From assembly GCA_965262255.1 (NCBI GenBank), contig OZ253505.1, forward strand, positions 3,177,406 to 3,241,405: a stretch of 64,000 nucleotides of DNA, given 5' to 3'. Below, in pieces: positions 37,801 through 47,641 of this stretch. This stretch comes from Hyphomonadaceae bacterium. GTDB lineage: Bacteria; Pseudomonadota; Alphaproteobacteria; Caulobacterales; Hyphomonadaceae. Under the pieces are notes generated by a model that had not been told where the DNA came from, did no database searches, and saw only the letters and a list, made by a program, of their open reading frames with translations. A program made the translations under genes and the position numbers. Position 1 is the first letter of the stretch. Each line of letters opens with the position of its first letter.

Positions 37801-38139
37801 TGAGAATTGCTTTAGCGGTATTTGGTATACCCGTTACATAGCCAATTTTATTACCAACTAATGTATTTACGGGAGTTTGAATGTAAGTACTGAGAATTTA
37901 CCGAAAAGTGATGGGGCGTAACGAGAACTATACTTTTTGTTTGCTCGGAGTATGGTTTCGAGAATTGTCTCATTCAAGGTCAATAGTTATAGCACGGACA
38001 CTGGTTATAGATATTTAGTCCTTAAAAGCTTACAATCAAGTGCTAAGTGTTATTAGAGTAATGTCCTATCTAGCAGACACTCGTAGAATGTGAGGGAATT
38101 CCACAGAAAAATTAAAGAAATTGTTCGTAGTGTAATGAT

Positions 38140-38448
38140 AGGTCTAGAAATTGAAATTTGGGGAAAAAGCCTCTCGCGATCAAGCGATCTGCAAAAATTC
38201 TCTTAATCCCTATTAGGAGCCTATCAATGAGTATAAAAGATTATAAGCGTCAACGATCAGCGATGGAAGTTCCGTCTCAAGGTAATTTCTCTCTGTTCAA
38301 GGAGCTGTTAGAGCAGTTGTTTGATATGGTCGTTCGTCTAGGGCGCGAAGCCAGTCTCGGAGGGAGTTACGGCCATCGGGTCGGCGAGATTGGTGGTTAT
38401 AGGAATGGTTACAAACCTGAAGGTCTACCTAAGAGGCTGAACGAATAA
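38140..38448 (+). pseudogene. IS256-family left end and N-terminal transposase fragment
   Basis: The terminus is taggtctagaaattgaaatttgggg. FKELLEQLFDMVVRLGREASLGG...YRNGYKP aligns to the fragments at 47003..47242 and 53944..54189. The palindrome interior is missing in this copy. Confidence 0.7.
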
Positions 38449-38660
38449 TCATTGTTCTCGATACTCTTGCATTGATTCCGTCAACAATTGCTAAGATTCG
38501 TTACCCACAATTAGGAGTAACTGCCTGAAAACTTCAAAAATCGGGTAGAAAATCTCAAATTCCGTTCTAAACCACGAGATTTTGCTCTGAAAAAAGAAGT
38601 TCATTCCCCATACTTACCATAAATATAACATTCTGGATCTTTTTCGTTTAGCCTCTTAGG
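38428..38660. repeat. About 233-bp segment bounded by 18-bp inverted repeats (MITE-like)
   Basis: cctaagaggctgaacgaa (38428) matches the reverse complement of ttcgtttagcctcttagg (38643) at 17 of 18 positions. Confidence 0.6.
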
Positions 38661-38681
38661 GACTTGCCTGTAAATATCATG

Positions 38682-39590
38682 TCAATCTACCTCTTGCGTT
38701 TCCGGATACGATTCAGGGATCGCATTAACTGAATTCATTCTTTGTAGAGCGTTCGCAGACCTTGTTCGGAGCCATCCGCAATTCTCAGTTGTAAACACCT
38801 TTGCACCGCGATGCATGAACCCACGTATGACGGCTTTCTTCGGGTGTTCATCGTCATCTCTCGAAGCACATACGTATGCTTTTTTGTTCATATCATCAGG
38901 TGAAACTCTACTCGGACTCTTTGCTCCGAGCAAACAGTCCAATAAGAATTCATCAACGTTCCGTCTAGAACCATGGTGAGGAACCTGAATTTTCGAACCG
39001 TGTTTCAAGGGAAGTCTCAATCCAGCTTGATGGGAACTGTTGATAACATTCCTAAGTGCACTCCTTCCCGCGTCTCCAGTTAACAATATATCGACACCAT
39101 CGAAATTTGCCCACTGAACTACACTCATTTCGTTCTCACAGCTTGTTTCCTCTTTCTGGAAATATTCAATACCCCATTTATCCCTTAGCCAAGGATTAGC
39201 CGTTCGTAACCCTCTATTAGGGCTCTCATCAAATTTGTTTATAACTTGGTCTGGAGTTTTTTCAGACTCCAAGAGCATACTGCAAAAGTGTTCTGCGGTA
39301 GGCGAAACAACCTTGAATTTGCCGATTTTTTGCCTAAGGAACGGTTCACGAACTTCAATCCCTCTATCCAACGCAAATTTTTCTAGTTCCGCCAGATTTG
39401 AGTAAGTTTTTCTCAGTCTTTCTGCCAGATTCCTCGGGTTTTGAAATCTTTTGAAATAGGGTAGCAGTTTGTCCTGACTCGGGACATATTGCAGAGAGAT
39501 GAGAGTTACTGTAGTGGGGATTATGCTACTTGGAAAGGCTACGAATGGATACCGTATCGTAAGTTCGACCAACAATCTGGTTAGCGTCAT
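38682..39590 (-). pseudogene. MBL-fold (ComEC-type) protein, 5'-truncated by a hairpin repeat copy
   Basis: VDILLTGDAGRSAL...KIQVPHHGSRRN is the C-terminal MBL block. The N-terminal metal motif is absent. The first codons run into repeat copy e. Confidence 0.55.
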
Positions 39591-39614
39591 TCGATTTTTG
39601 TCTTAAACTGCCCA

Positions 39615-39700
39615 TTGGAAGCTCTCCTACTGTTGATGTTGAAACGAACCTACAGTATGGACGATCTTCCTCTTTTTGTGAAAACCTAAATTTCTGCAAT
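39615..39700. repeat. Hairpin repeat family, divergent copy e
   Basis: ggaagctctcc ... cgatcttcc tctttttgtgaaaaccta. Confidence 0.6.
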
Positions 39701-40073
39701 ATGTGTCCGAGTCTGAGCATCATTGGAGGGAGTTTCTAGATTGCCTAGTTCACTGTGGAATACCGGGGAGGGAGAGAGTATATCGCCTCCGACGACCATC
39801 CTAGACTTAAAGCCGTTCGCCGGAAGGTATTCACGGGTTCCAAATAGCAACGGTGTCAGCACAACCTTATCGAAGATACCCTGAAACAAGCGACGAGATT
39901 AGAAAGTGTCTCTTTGCAGAACTCGGAACAGTTTACAGCGCAGAGACCGTTAAAGTTGCCGAGGTCGCTTTTGAAAATCTTGTCACAAAGTATTCTTCCC
40001 AAATCCCTATACTCGCTAAATGGCTCGAAACAAACGGTCTTGACACTCTGTCGTAGTGCAGATCACACGAGAT

Positions 40074-41810
40074 TCAGTTATCTTCTAAACGAGATTTTCC
40101 TGTTAGATAATGAGTTTTACTTCGATAGATTTTCAGATCACTGTCGTTTTTGGCATTGGTAACCGGAGCAAACCGGTTCGTTTTGTCACCAATTATCATG
40201 TTTGAATTGGTTTGTAGCGCTTTCTGTCGTTGTTCTATGGAATCGGTGTTTTGCTGGACAGTTTTGCGATGATTCTTCGTAATGTCGCCAATAGAGGAAC
40301 CATTATCACTGATCGGATCATTTAGATATTGATCTTTACGGTTATTCAAATTGGAGATTTTTGACGTATTGAAGCTAGCGATCTGTTCGATGTCTTCCTG
40401 ACTTTTGACTATGGTTGTTGGAAGATTAGAAGGTTTTTGCCAGTTGTCCAAGGTCGGTTGTCCTAAAAGTTGGTTTGCTTGTTCGCGAATAAAGTTTTGT
40501 GCTTGGTGTTCTACCCACAATCGATCAGCTTTATCTCCAGATGTCCATCTTCGGCTAGCTTCGGTATAGCCGACCGTACCGCCATGGTCATTTTCTTGGT
40601 TGGACATGTAATCCAAAAACGCATTATCCCAGTTTGCCACAAACTGACTTCCACTATGTTCAACTCTTGACGAAAGATCTCGTGCCGCGTTTGCTCGAGC
40701 GTGGTATTTTTCAATGTCCTCGCTAGCGTTTTGGGCTTCAGAATAGTTTGCCATAAATGATTCTTTCCATTCAGTTTCGCTACCAGCAGAATTTGTTTTG
40801 GAATTCCTCAAGAGTGTTCCAATAACATTGCTATTCCCCTCATTGCTCGAATCACTGATTACGGCATCGCGAGCCGCTTCTATGATTTCGGACTCTCTGG
40901 TTTCATTGCCAGCGGAACCGCGAATCCCAATTTCTGCCCTTCCTACACCAGCTAAAGGAAGTCCAAGTTCTTTCCTTGCACTTAATCCTGCATAGGCTTC
41001 AACCGCTAATTTTCGATCACGAGAATCCGTAAAACGTTCCGCAAATCGGTTTGCCGACGTAACTATTCGGTTGACACTCTCGGAGGCTTCCGTTGATGAG
41101 TGTATTCCTGTGAGCTCCTGAACTCCTCGACCTTGACTGACTTCCCAAGTTAAATCTGCAACATTCTGAGAAATTGCGGAATAAGCCATACTTGACCTGT
41201 TTGCGGCAGCCTCGCGTTCTTCCTGAGACCGACTGGCCTCTGATTGAAGGCTGGCTGATAATCCACTTTGATAATCGATATGCGTTGCTCCGCGAGACAC
41301 TGCTCCAGTGCCATCGTATACGCGTTGCCCAGCAGTGGTTGATTTAGTTCTTCCACCTTCCACTGTATTCCAAGAGCCTTCTCCAACATCTAAGAATCCA
41401 CTTGTCACTTGCCGATTTCCCTCCAAGGATGAAAATCGGTGAGTGTTAAATCCCGTGTTACCCAGCGAAATGTTTCCGGTAGCCATTTCTCTCGCCGTGG
41501 ACTGGGCAGCAGACTGCGCCGGGTGGAGAAAGCTCTGACTTAGACTTGCAAAAGCTGTCGCACCTTGGCCAAGTTTTGCTGCCATGAATGGAATCATCAA
41601 AGTCAGATATCCCGCGATCATCGAAATATCAGCGTGAACTGCTTCAATGCTTCTTTGAGTCACTAGTGTTATCGCTTCTTCCGAAGCGGGCGTGTAACTT
41701 GCTCCTAGGCTTCTCAGCTCGGCAGCCCCGAGCATTATTCTATGGAGTATCTGTAAAGTCCCACACTCTTGGGCGCGAAATGATATACTACCATTATACA
41801 GCAATTCCAT
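40074..41810 (-). pseudogene. TraG-like conjugative mating-pair protein fragment (tentative), 5'-truncated by IS481
   Basis: The sequence is rich in S, G, N, A and Q, with ATGNISLGNTGFN-type motifs reminiscent of the region after the F-type TraG N-terminal domain. The first 11 or so codons (MELLYNGSISF) are encoded by the IS481 left end. Confidence 0.4.
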
Positions 41811-42848
41811 CTGGAGGAAACAGTTATGGGACAGGTATTACACACTAACGCAGTCACTACACATGCGATCAGAAAAGAGATCCAAGAGGCCCCCTCGTCG
41901 ATCTCAAATCGCGCATTAGCGAGGTGCTACGGATTAAATTACCGCACGGTGAAGAGATGGCGCGAGCGTGATTCGGTCGAAGACCGACGGTCGGGTCCGC
42001 AAGACCCGCGGCCAAAGAGTTTGAGTAAAGCAGAGGAAGCCGCCTGTGTTTATTTCCGGACGACAACGAGGTTGTCGTTGGATGACTGTTTGTATTCTCT
42101 GCAAGATTCAATTCCCCATTTAAAGCGATCGAACCTCCATCGTGTATTTCAGAATCACGGGATATCAACACTTCCAAAAGAAGAAAATAAAACTCCCGAG
42201 ACGAAGAAGTTCAAAGAGTATCCGATCGGTTACTTCCATGTCGACATAGCCCAAGTCAACACCGAAGAAGGTCGGCTCTATATGTTCGTAGCCATCGACC
42301 GCACATCGAAATATGCCTACGTCGAACTGCACGACAAATCGACGCGAAAAGTCGCAGTTCAGTTTATCGAAACGTTGGTTGAAAAAGTGCCTTACACTAT
42401 CCATACGATCTTGACTGACAATGGCAGTCAGTTCACTAATTCGAGAAACCCTAAAGTCTCGGTGAAAGAAAACGAATCATCCGATCATAAAATCAATAAG
42501 GATGTCAAATGCAACGCATTTGACGCTGTTTGCTCAGAGAATAATATCGAACATAAGTTGACACTTCCCTATCATTCCTGGACGAACGGACAAGTGGAAC
42601 GAATGAATAGAACCATCAAAGAAGCTACTGTGAAAAAGTATCACTATGAGACACATGACAAACTGAAGGAACACATCCAGAGTTTTATTGATGCCTATAA
42701 TTTTGCTAAAAGGTTAAAGGCTCACAAAGGTTTAACTATCTTCGACTTTATCAACAAATGTTGGAAAGAGGAACCAGAAAGATTTATTAAAAATCCCGCG
42801 TCCATGTTTGCGGGACTATACACTTTACATCATTCCTCTCCAACTTAG
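41779..42848 (+). mobile_element. IS481-family IS, copy 1
   Basis: The left end is aatgatatactaccattatac. The right end is gggactatacactttacatcatt. The same ends are seen at copy 2. Confidence 0.75.
41826..42848 (+). CDS. IS481-family transposase (rve integrase core)
   Basis: An N-terminal HTH is present. YFHVDIAQV...LYMFVAIDRTSKY...ILTDNGSQFT...TNGQVERMNRTIKE gives the DDE spacing. Confidence 0.9.
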   Translation: MGQVLHTNAVTTHAIRKEIQEAPSSISNRALARCYGLNYRTVKRWRERDSVEDRRSGPQDPRPKSLSKAEEAACVYFRTTTRLSLDDCLYSLQDSIPHLKRSNLHRVFQNHGISTLPKEENKTPETKKFKEYPIGYFHVDIAQVNTEEGRLYMFVAIDRTSKYAYVELHDKSTRKVAVQFIETLVEKVPYTIHTILTDNGSQFTNSRNPKVSVKENESSDHKINKDVKCNAFDAVCSENNIEHKLTLPYHSWTNGQVERMNRTIKEATVKKYHYETHDKLKEHIQSFIDAYNFAKRLKAHKGLTIFDFINKCWKEEPERFIKNPASMFAGLYTLHHSSPT

Positions 42849-42929
42849 CGCGTTTAGGTCCTAACGATTCTCTAAATTTTCTGCACTCTAACCTCCTATC
42901 GGTTCAGATACTATATGGAAACTGTTTGA

Positions 42930-43100
42930 TTTGGTTCATTGACTATAGAATCTAAGTCTTTCAAAAAAGGAAAGATCGTCCTATTCTATAGATTAGTATC
43001 AGCACCTAATAGAAGGGATCTTTCCATGCTACTAGTTCTGCATGAGACAGTTAATTTTGCAAGCAGCCGCTTTGATGCGGGGCGATGTTAGCCGATTAGA
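42930..43100. repeat. Hairpin repeat family, copy f (opposite orientation, extended)
   Basis: ttggttcattgactatagaatctaagtc...ggaaagatcg...gggatctttcc atgctactagttctgcatgagacagttaatttt. It also aligns to the leader of the rve IS at 15410..15560. Confidence 0.8.
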
Positions 43101-43178
43101 AATCTCTTCTTCCATCTTAAATTGTCATACGGTTCGCTTGCAATTTTTCAGAGAGCAGTATACACTGAAAGATAGAAA

Positions 43179-43823
43179 TTGATGAACTCAAAGGAGATTC
43201 CGATGGATAGAGAACTACAAACACTTCAACATACCCCTAACACAGAATCTGACGACCTTTTGGTGTCTAGCGCAACTCGTGAAATGCCTGACACCGCTAG
43301 AATGCTTGGTCGTCCCGAAACATTGGACAAAACTAGCTCCAACTTAATGGAGAATACAGAAACAGACTCCAACGATATCTTAGCGACCTATTTAGATCGC
43401 CTTGTACGTACCGAGTCGAGACTTGATAAGGTGGAAACCAACCAACTAGACTTCTTTAAACTTATGGAATCTAGAATCGACACGTCGGAGGTTGAACTGA
43501 AAGATTGCATGAAACAAACAGAGTCAAGACTTTTGGAACGCATCTCTAGTTTGGAGGATATTCAAAAAACACAAAATGCCAAAACAGACTCTAACTACAA
43601 AGAACTTTACAGCAAGATAGACGCAGTCCACAAAGATCTAAGTGAGAAAATGGAAAAAATGTTTGAAAAAATGATGGAAAGCTTCAATGAGACACAGATA
43701 CAGTTTAGTGAGGTGAACGAAGAACTTGGGAAACTCCACACTGAAATTTTACATCTGAAACGCATAGATAGTTGGATTTTTGGGTTTTTGGCTTTGCTGG
43801 TATCAGGCGCAGTTATTGCATAG
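43179..43823 (+). CDS. Coiled-coil, C-terminally anchored protein (paralog of 5291..6010)
   Basis: It shares HLKRIDSWIFGFLALLVSGAVIA with the paralog and has a coiled-coil body. Confidence 0.65.
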   Translation: MMNSKEIPMDRELQTLQHTPNTESDDLLVSSATREMPDTARMLGRPETLDKTSSNLMENTETDSNDILATYLDRLVRTESRLDKVETNQLDFFKLMESRIDTSEVELKDCMKQTESRLLERISSLEDIQKTQNAKTDSNYKELYSKIDAVHKDLSEKMEKMFEKMMESFNETQIQFSEVNEELGKLHTEILHLKRIDSWIFGFLALLVSGAVIA

Positions 43824-44032
43824 TTTGCGAACTTGTTACCGTGATCACTCGGAGCAATACTTTTGACTATTGTACAACTAAAGAGGGGGATTTGGAAGAT
43901 AAAACGTCAAAGTTACCAAATCCCGTAGACCTAGTGTTCAACTTAAACCACAATTGATTGCAATTTCGGTTCCATATGTGTTTGCATCTCAACAACAACC
44001 CACAGTCAACTCATATTTAGGAAGCAATCATT

Positions 44033-46813
44033 ATGAACTTTAAACAATACACGTCCGGAGGGAAACATAAGTACAAACGATTAGCAAAAGTAGTGAGAAA
44101 ACTGCTTAGAAAGGAAATTCGAAAGCATAGTTGCTTACGACTGGTGGCAATCCAAAGTAGAGCAAAAGATACGAAATCCTTACGAGACCATTTCTCGGAG
44201 GAGCAATTGCAATCCGATTTAGATATCGCAAGAGACCGCAAAGATCTTGCCGGATGTCGTGCGATATTCTATACAAATCGAGATATCCGTGCTTTTACAA
44301 GCAAAGCAGTCCTGCAAGGCCTGTTTGATATAGATTGGCAACGAACGAAAGTTCACCATCCCAATCTAGACGATAATGCGGAAGACTTGTTTCGGTCAGA
44401 CAACTATGTAGTAAAACTTAAAGCGAACCAAACAAGCAGGCCGAAGTACAAAGAGCTAACTGGTCTATGGTGCGAAGTGCAGGTTCAGACTGTTCTGAAT
44501 CACGCTATTTCGGAGCTGTCTCACGACATCATATATAAACCTAAGATAGAAGGTGAGTTTGGACTTCAAGTGCTTAACGAAATTCGAGAAGCAGTGAAGG
44601 AAGTTGATGGTAGGCATATTGTTCCTGCTGGCCACATGTTGAGTAAGATTGATAGCGATTTCAGGCGCCTCCGAGAAGATAAGGCAGTCTATGATACAAA
44701 TATAATTACTCAAATCTCTAAAACTGCTAACCAAAAAGACCGACTATCGTCTCTAGAATCGTTGCGGGAACATATTCTGCCAAATTTCATTGATCCTTTA
44801 CAAGAAATTCCGGAATTACTTAAATACCTGCAAGATGCATGGATTTCTGCAGATCGGTCTTATACAGAAATTTGTGATGATAAAGCGCCGCCAAACGGAG
44901 ATGACATACTTACTGACGAATTGCAAGAAATTTCGTCTATTTACGGAGAGTACCTTATTTTCTATCCTGAACAGGGCTACAGCATACTTAAACACCTCTA
45001 TACCAATACAAGGACAGATGAAAGTCATGCAGAACTTAGTGATTTGGCGGAACAACTGGTTAGGCACGACAGGTGGATTTGGGAAAGATATGGTCCACGT
45101 ATGCAGGTTGTATATGCCAACAAAATTTATGAAGATGAACACAAACTTGGCATCTCCTCGATTGTCATTCGGATTGCCAGCAAGATACTTGGTACAGAGG
45201 TGGACGAAGCACAGCAAAAGATAAATTGCATTCAAAGGGGTAAAGCGAGCATATTGTACCGAGGAGAACTTGCAAAAGCGCGAAGAAAGGCTATTCAATG
45301 TTTGTTCAACCTCCACAAAGGAAGTACAGAAATTAGCACGAAGAAAGAAACCATAAGTGTCCTTTCGCAAGGTTTGGTGGTTCCTTCAGTTCCAGGGTTT
45401 GATGGCGCAATAATCCGAATGTTGATTAACGATTTTTGCTTTGTTTTGAAGAATTTAGCTAATCATTTCGATTTTGATGACTTTTACGCTTTGTTAAAGT
45501 TGGAAAAAAGAATTTTCTTTTGCTGGAAGAGCTACTGTGAAACAGTAGGTAAACTAATAGCCAACGATAAACTAGAAGAAGCAACAAATCGGCTATCAAG
45601 GAAAATTAAGAATTTTAGTACCTTATTGAATCAAGATTCAGGATTTGTTACTTACAAACTCCTGATAGGTTTTCGTCCGATTTTTGCATTCAATTGGAGC
45701 ACCGGCAAGTTAAAATTGGCGGAAAACGAAAAGTATCGTCAGGACGAACGGGTTCGTCTTGCGGACGAAATTAGCTCCAACTTTAGCGATGAATGGAAGA
45801 TACGTTTACAGACGCTCATTTCACAAAATTCATCGGATCTTGCTAGATTTCAACCGTTGTATGAATTTTTTAGCGTCCTTGGGGAAAAGAACCCCCAAAT
45901 TTTATGGGAGTTTCTCTGTAAAAGCGACATATTGCCTGAACGGGCAGTTTCAAAATTTACTGTTCCTCTGTTGCGAACTGACTATGAGGAACGGGTGTTA
46001 GAACTGATGTCTCAATGGGCAAATGATTCAAAGTATTGTCATGAAATTGCATTCACACTGTGTGAATATGAAGGTACGGACAAATGTCTGGTGTTGAGTC
46101 TGTTAGAATCTGTATTTGAACAGCGAGATTTTGAGACATTGAATACATTATCCAGCCTCTCGTTTCGAAGATATAGCGAAGACAAAAAATTTTGGAAGGA
46201 CGAGTTGTTCGTCCCAGCGCTTTCATTCTATATCTGTAATGGAGACTTCGGTTGGCTTGACGCGACATCATACCTAGCAGATGGAGCGTCTATGTATGAT
46301 GAATTTGAGGATACAGAGAAAGATTTAGCGCTTTCTGCACTTACAAGAAAATCTATTCTGTGTGACGATTCTATGATAATTTTGTATGCTCTAACATCAA
46401 AAGAACCAGAGCGGTTACTTTCATTCTTCAGAAGTCGGATTCAACTCAGTCAGGAGTCGAAAGGCGAAGGCTATAAAATTGTCCCAGATAATATTTGGCG
46501 AGTGCAGAAGGTTTTGCAACCTCATCCAAAGCTACTTGTATCAACAATTTTAGAATGGTGCAAAATTTATCCTCATGTGCAAGACGACGTAGTCAATGGG
46601 GTACTTAGAAAGATTTATACTATTCCCACCGATAGCGTTGTCGTGGTGCTGAAAGATACAGTCGCAACGGCAAGTAAAGACACTCTATTGGTTATAGTAA
46701 ATATGCTAGGTGGGTATCTTGGTGATCATCGGTTACTCCCTGTGTTAAGAGACATCATAGCTTCTTCTAATTGCGACGCAGAGATTGAAAACGAGGTCTC
46801 GCAAGTTTTGTAA
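44033..46813 (+). CDS. RelA/SpoT-homolog (small alarmone synthetase / toxSAS-like) nucleotidyltransferase fused to a long helical C-terminal region
   Basis: QSRAKDTKSLRDH, DLAGCRAIFY, FRSDNYVVKL and WCEVQVQTVLNHAISELSHDIIYKP follow the RSH synthetase motif order. About 750 further residues are helical. Confidence 0.7.
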   Translation: MNFKQYTSGGKHKYKRLAKVVRKLLRKEIRKHSCLRLVAIQSRAKDTKSLRDHFSEEQLQSDLDIARDRKDLAGCRAIFYTNRDIRAFTSKAVLQGLFDIDWQRTKVHHPNLDDNAEDLFRSDNYVVKLKANQTSRPKYKELTGLWCEVQVQTVLNHAISELSHDIIYKPKIEGEFGLQVLNEIREAVKEVDGRHIVPAGHMLSKIDSDFRRLREDKAVYDTNIITQISKTANQKDRLSSLESLREHILPNFIDPLQEIPELLKYLQDAWISADRSYTEICDDKAPPNGDDILTDELQEISSIYGEYLIFYPEQGYSILKHLYTNTRTDESHAELSDLAEQLVRHDRWIWERYGPRMQVVYANKIYEDEHKLGISSIVIRIASKILGTEVDEAQQKINCIQRGKASILYRGELAKARRKAIQCLFNLHKGSTEISTKKETISVLSQGLVVPSVPGFDGAIIRMLINDFCFVLKNLANHFDFDDFYALLKLEKRIFFCWKSYCETVGKLIANDKLEEATNRLSRKIKNFSTLLNQDSGFVTYKLLIGFRPIFAFNWSTGKLKLAENEKYRQDERVRLADEISSNFSDEWKIRLQTLISQNSSDLARFQPLYEFFSVLGEKNPQILWEFLCKSDILPERAVSKFTVPLLRTDYEERVLELMSQWANDSKYCHEIAFTLCEYEGTDKCLVLSLLESVFEQRDFETLNTLSSLSFRRYSEDKKFWKDELFVPALSFYICNGDFGWLDATSYLADGASMYDEFEDTEKDLALSALTRKSILCDDSMIILYALTSKEPERLLSFFRSRIQLSQESKGEGYKIVPDNIWRVQKVLQPHPKLLVSTILEWCKIYPHVQDDVVNGVLRKIYTIPTDSVVVVLKDTVATASKDTLLVIVNMLGGYLGDHRLLPVLRDIIASSNCDAEIENEVSQVL

Positions 46814-47065
46814 GAGTTTGACGGGGCATTTGGACCGATTGGAGTTGCTGAGAGATTCGAAGACAAGATAGAGTTGCTTCAAGAATGGGGTGAAGACGAG
46901 AGCAAAAAGGTTCGATATTTTGCCCTTCGATTGTCAAAGGAATTGAAGAACAAAGCACAACTTGACCGACGCCGTGGAGAAGAAAAGATTGCTGAAACCA
47001 AATTAGAATTTGGAGAATCCTTGAATTCTCCCAAGATTCCTGAACACAAAGAAAACGAAGATTAA
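46814..47065 (+). other. In-frame continuation of the RSH-fusion ORF beyond a single TAA
   Basis: The frame has no stop from 46814 to 47062. EFDGAFGPIGVAERFEDKIELLQEWGEDESKKVRYFALRLSKEL... includes a HEAT-like VRYFALRL. Confidence 0.6.
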
Positions 47066-47171
47066 ATTTTGAGAAGCCAGCAAGTTCGACAAACCTGACG
47101 GGTTAGGTAGATATCCAAGTTTGTAACCATCTGTTCCTATACACTCTGATCTCGCCAACCAGATGACTATA

Positions 47172-47188
47172 CCCCCCCCCCCCCCCCC
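47172..47188. repeat. C17 homopolymer
   Basis: Counted directly. The paralogous copy at about 54040 reads ccccctcc. Confidence 0.95.
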
Positions 47189-47360
47189 GAGAGATGCTTC
47201 GCGATCTAGACAAACCAGTGTATCTAAAAACTGCTCTAACAATTACGTGAGCGGAGAGAGTTTTTCTTGAGACGGAACTTCCATCGCATCTCGTTGACGC
47301 TTATAATCTTTGATGCTCATTGATAGGTTCCTAATAGAAATTAAGACGGTTGTGTGTGTT

Positions 47361-47369
47361 GGGGGGGGG
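47361..47369. repeat. G9 homopolymer preceded by (tg)4
   Basis: Counted directly. The paralogous copy at about 54198 reads ttggagg. Confidence 0.95.
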
Positions 47370-47641
47370 AGCTTGATTGCGATAAGTGTTTTGAGGGTAT
47401 TATAAAATCCCCTGAAAACACTTTTTCCCCAAATTTGAATTTCCAGACTTAGGCGAAAAGTTGAGTCTAGGCGTAGAATCCTGTTGAACAGTCGAATTTT
47501 CTATGGTTTTTCGCTTGGTATTGTTACTCCGCAACAGTTTGATTTTTTTATTTTCGCATGGTTTTTGCCTTGAAATATCCTTGCTCAATGTCCATGTAAA
47601 CTGGGATTATGTTATGTATCTAATTTCTGGGAGTATTAATC

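Larger units (their letters stand above)
47060..47455 (-). pseudogene. IS256-family left end and N-terminal fragment
   Basis: The terminus taagtctggaaattc is at 47455. The fragment aligns to the 38140 and 54290 copies and carries two expanded homopolymers. Confidence 0.7.

Noticed and set aside
44790-45370. 144-aa (+) and 184-aa (-) ORFs inside the RSH-fusion gene
   Set aside because: They are alternative or antisense frames within a continuous 926-codon ORF. They have no recognisable motifs.
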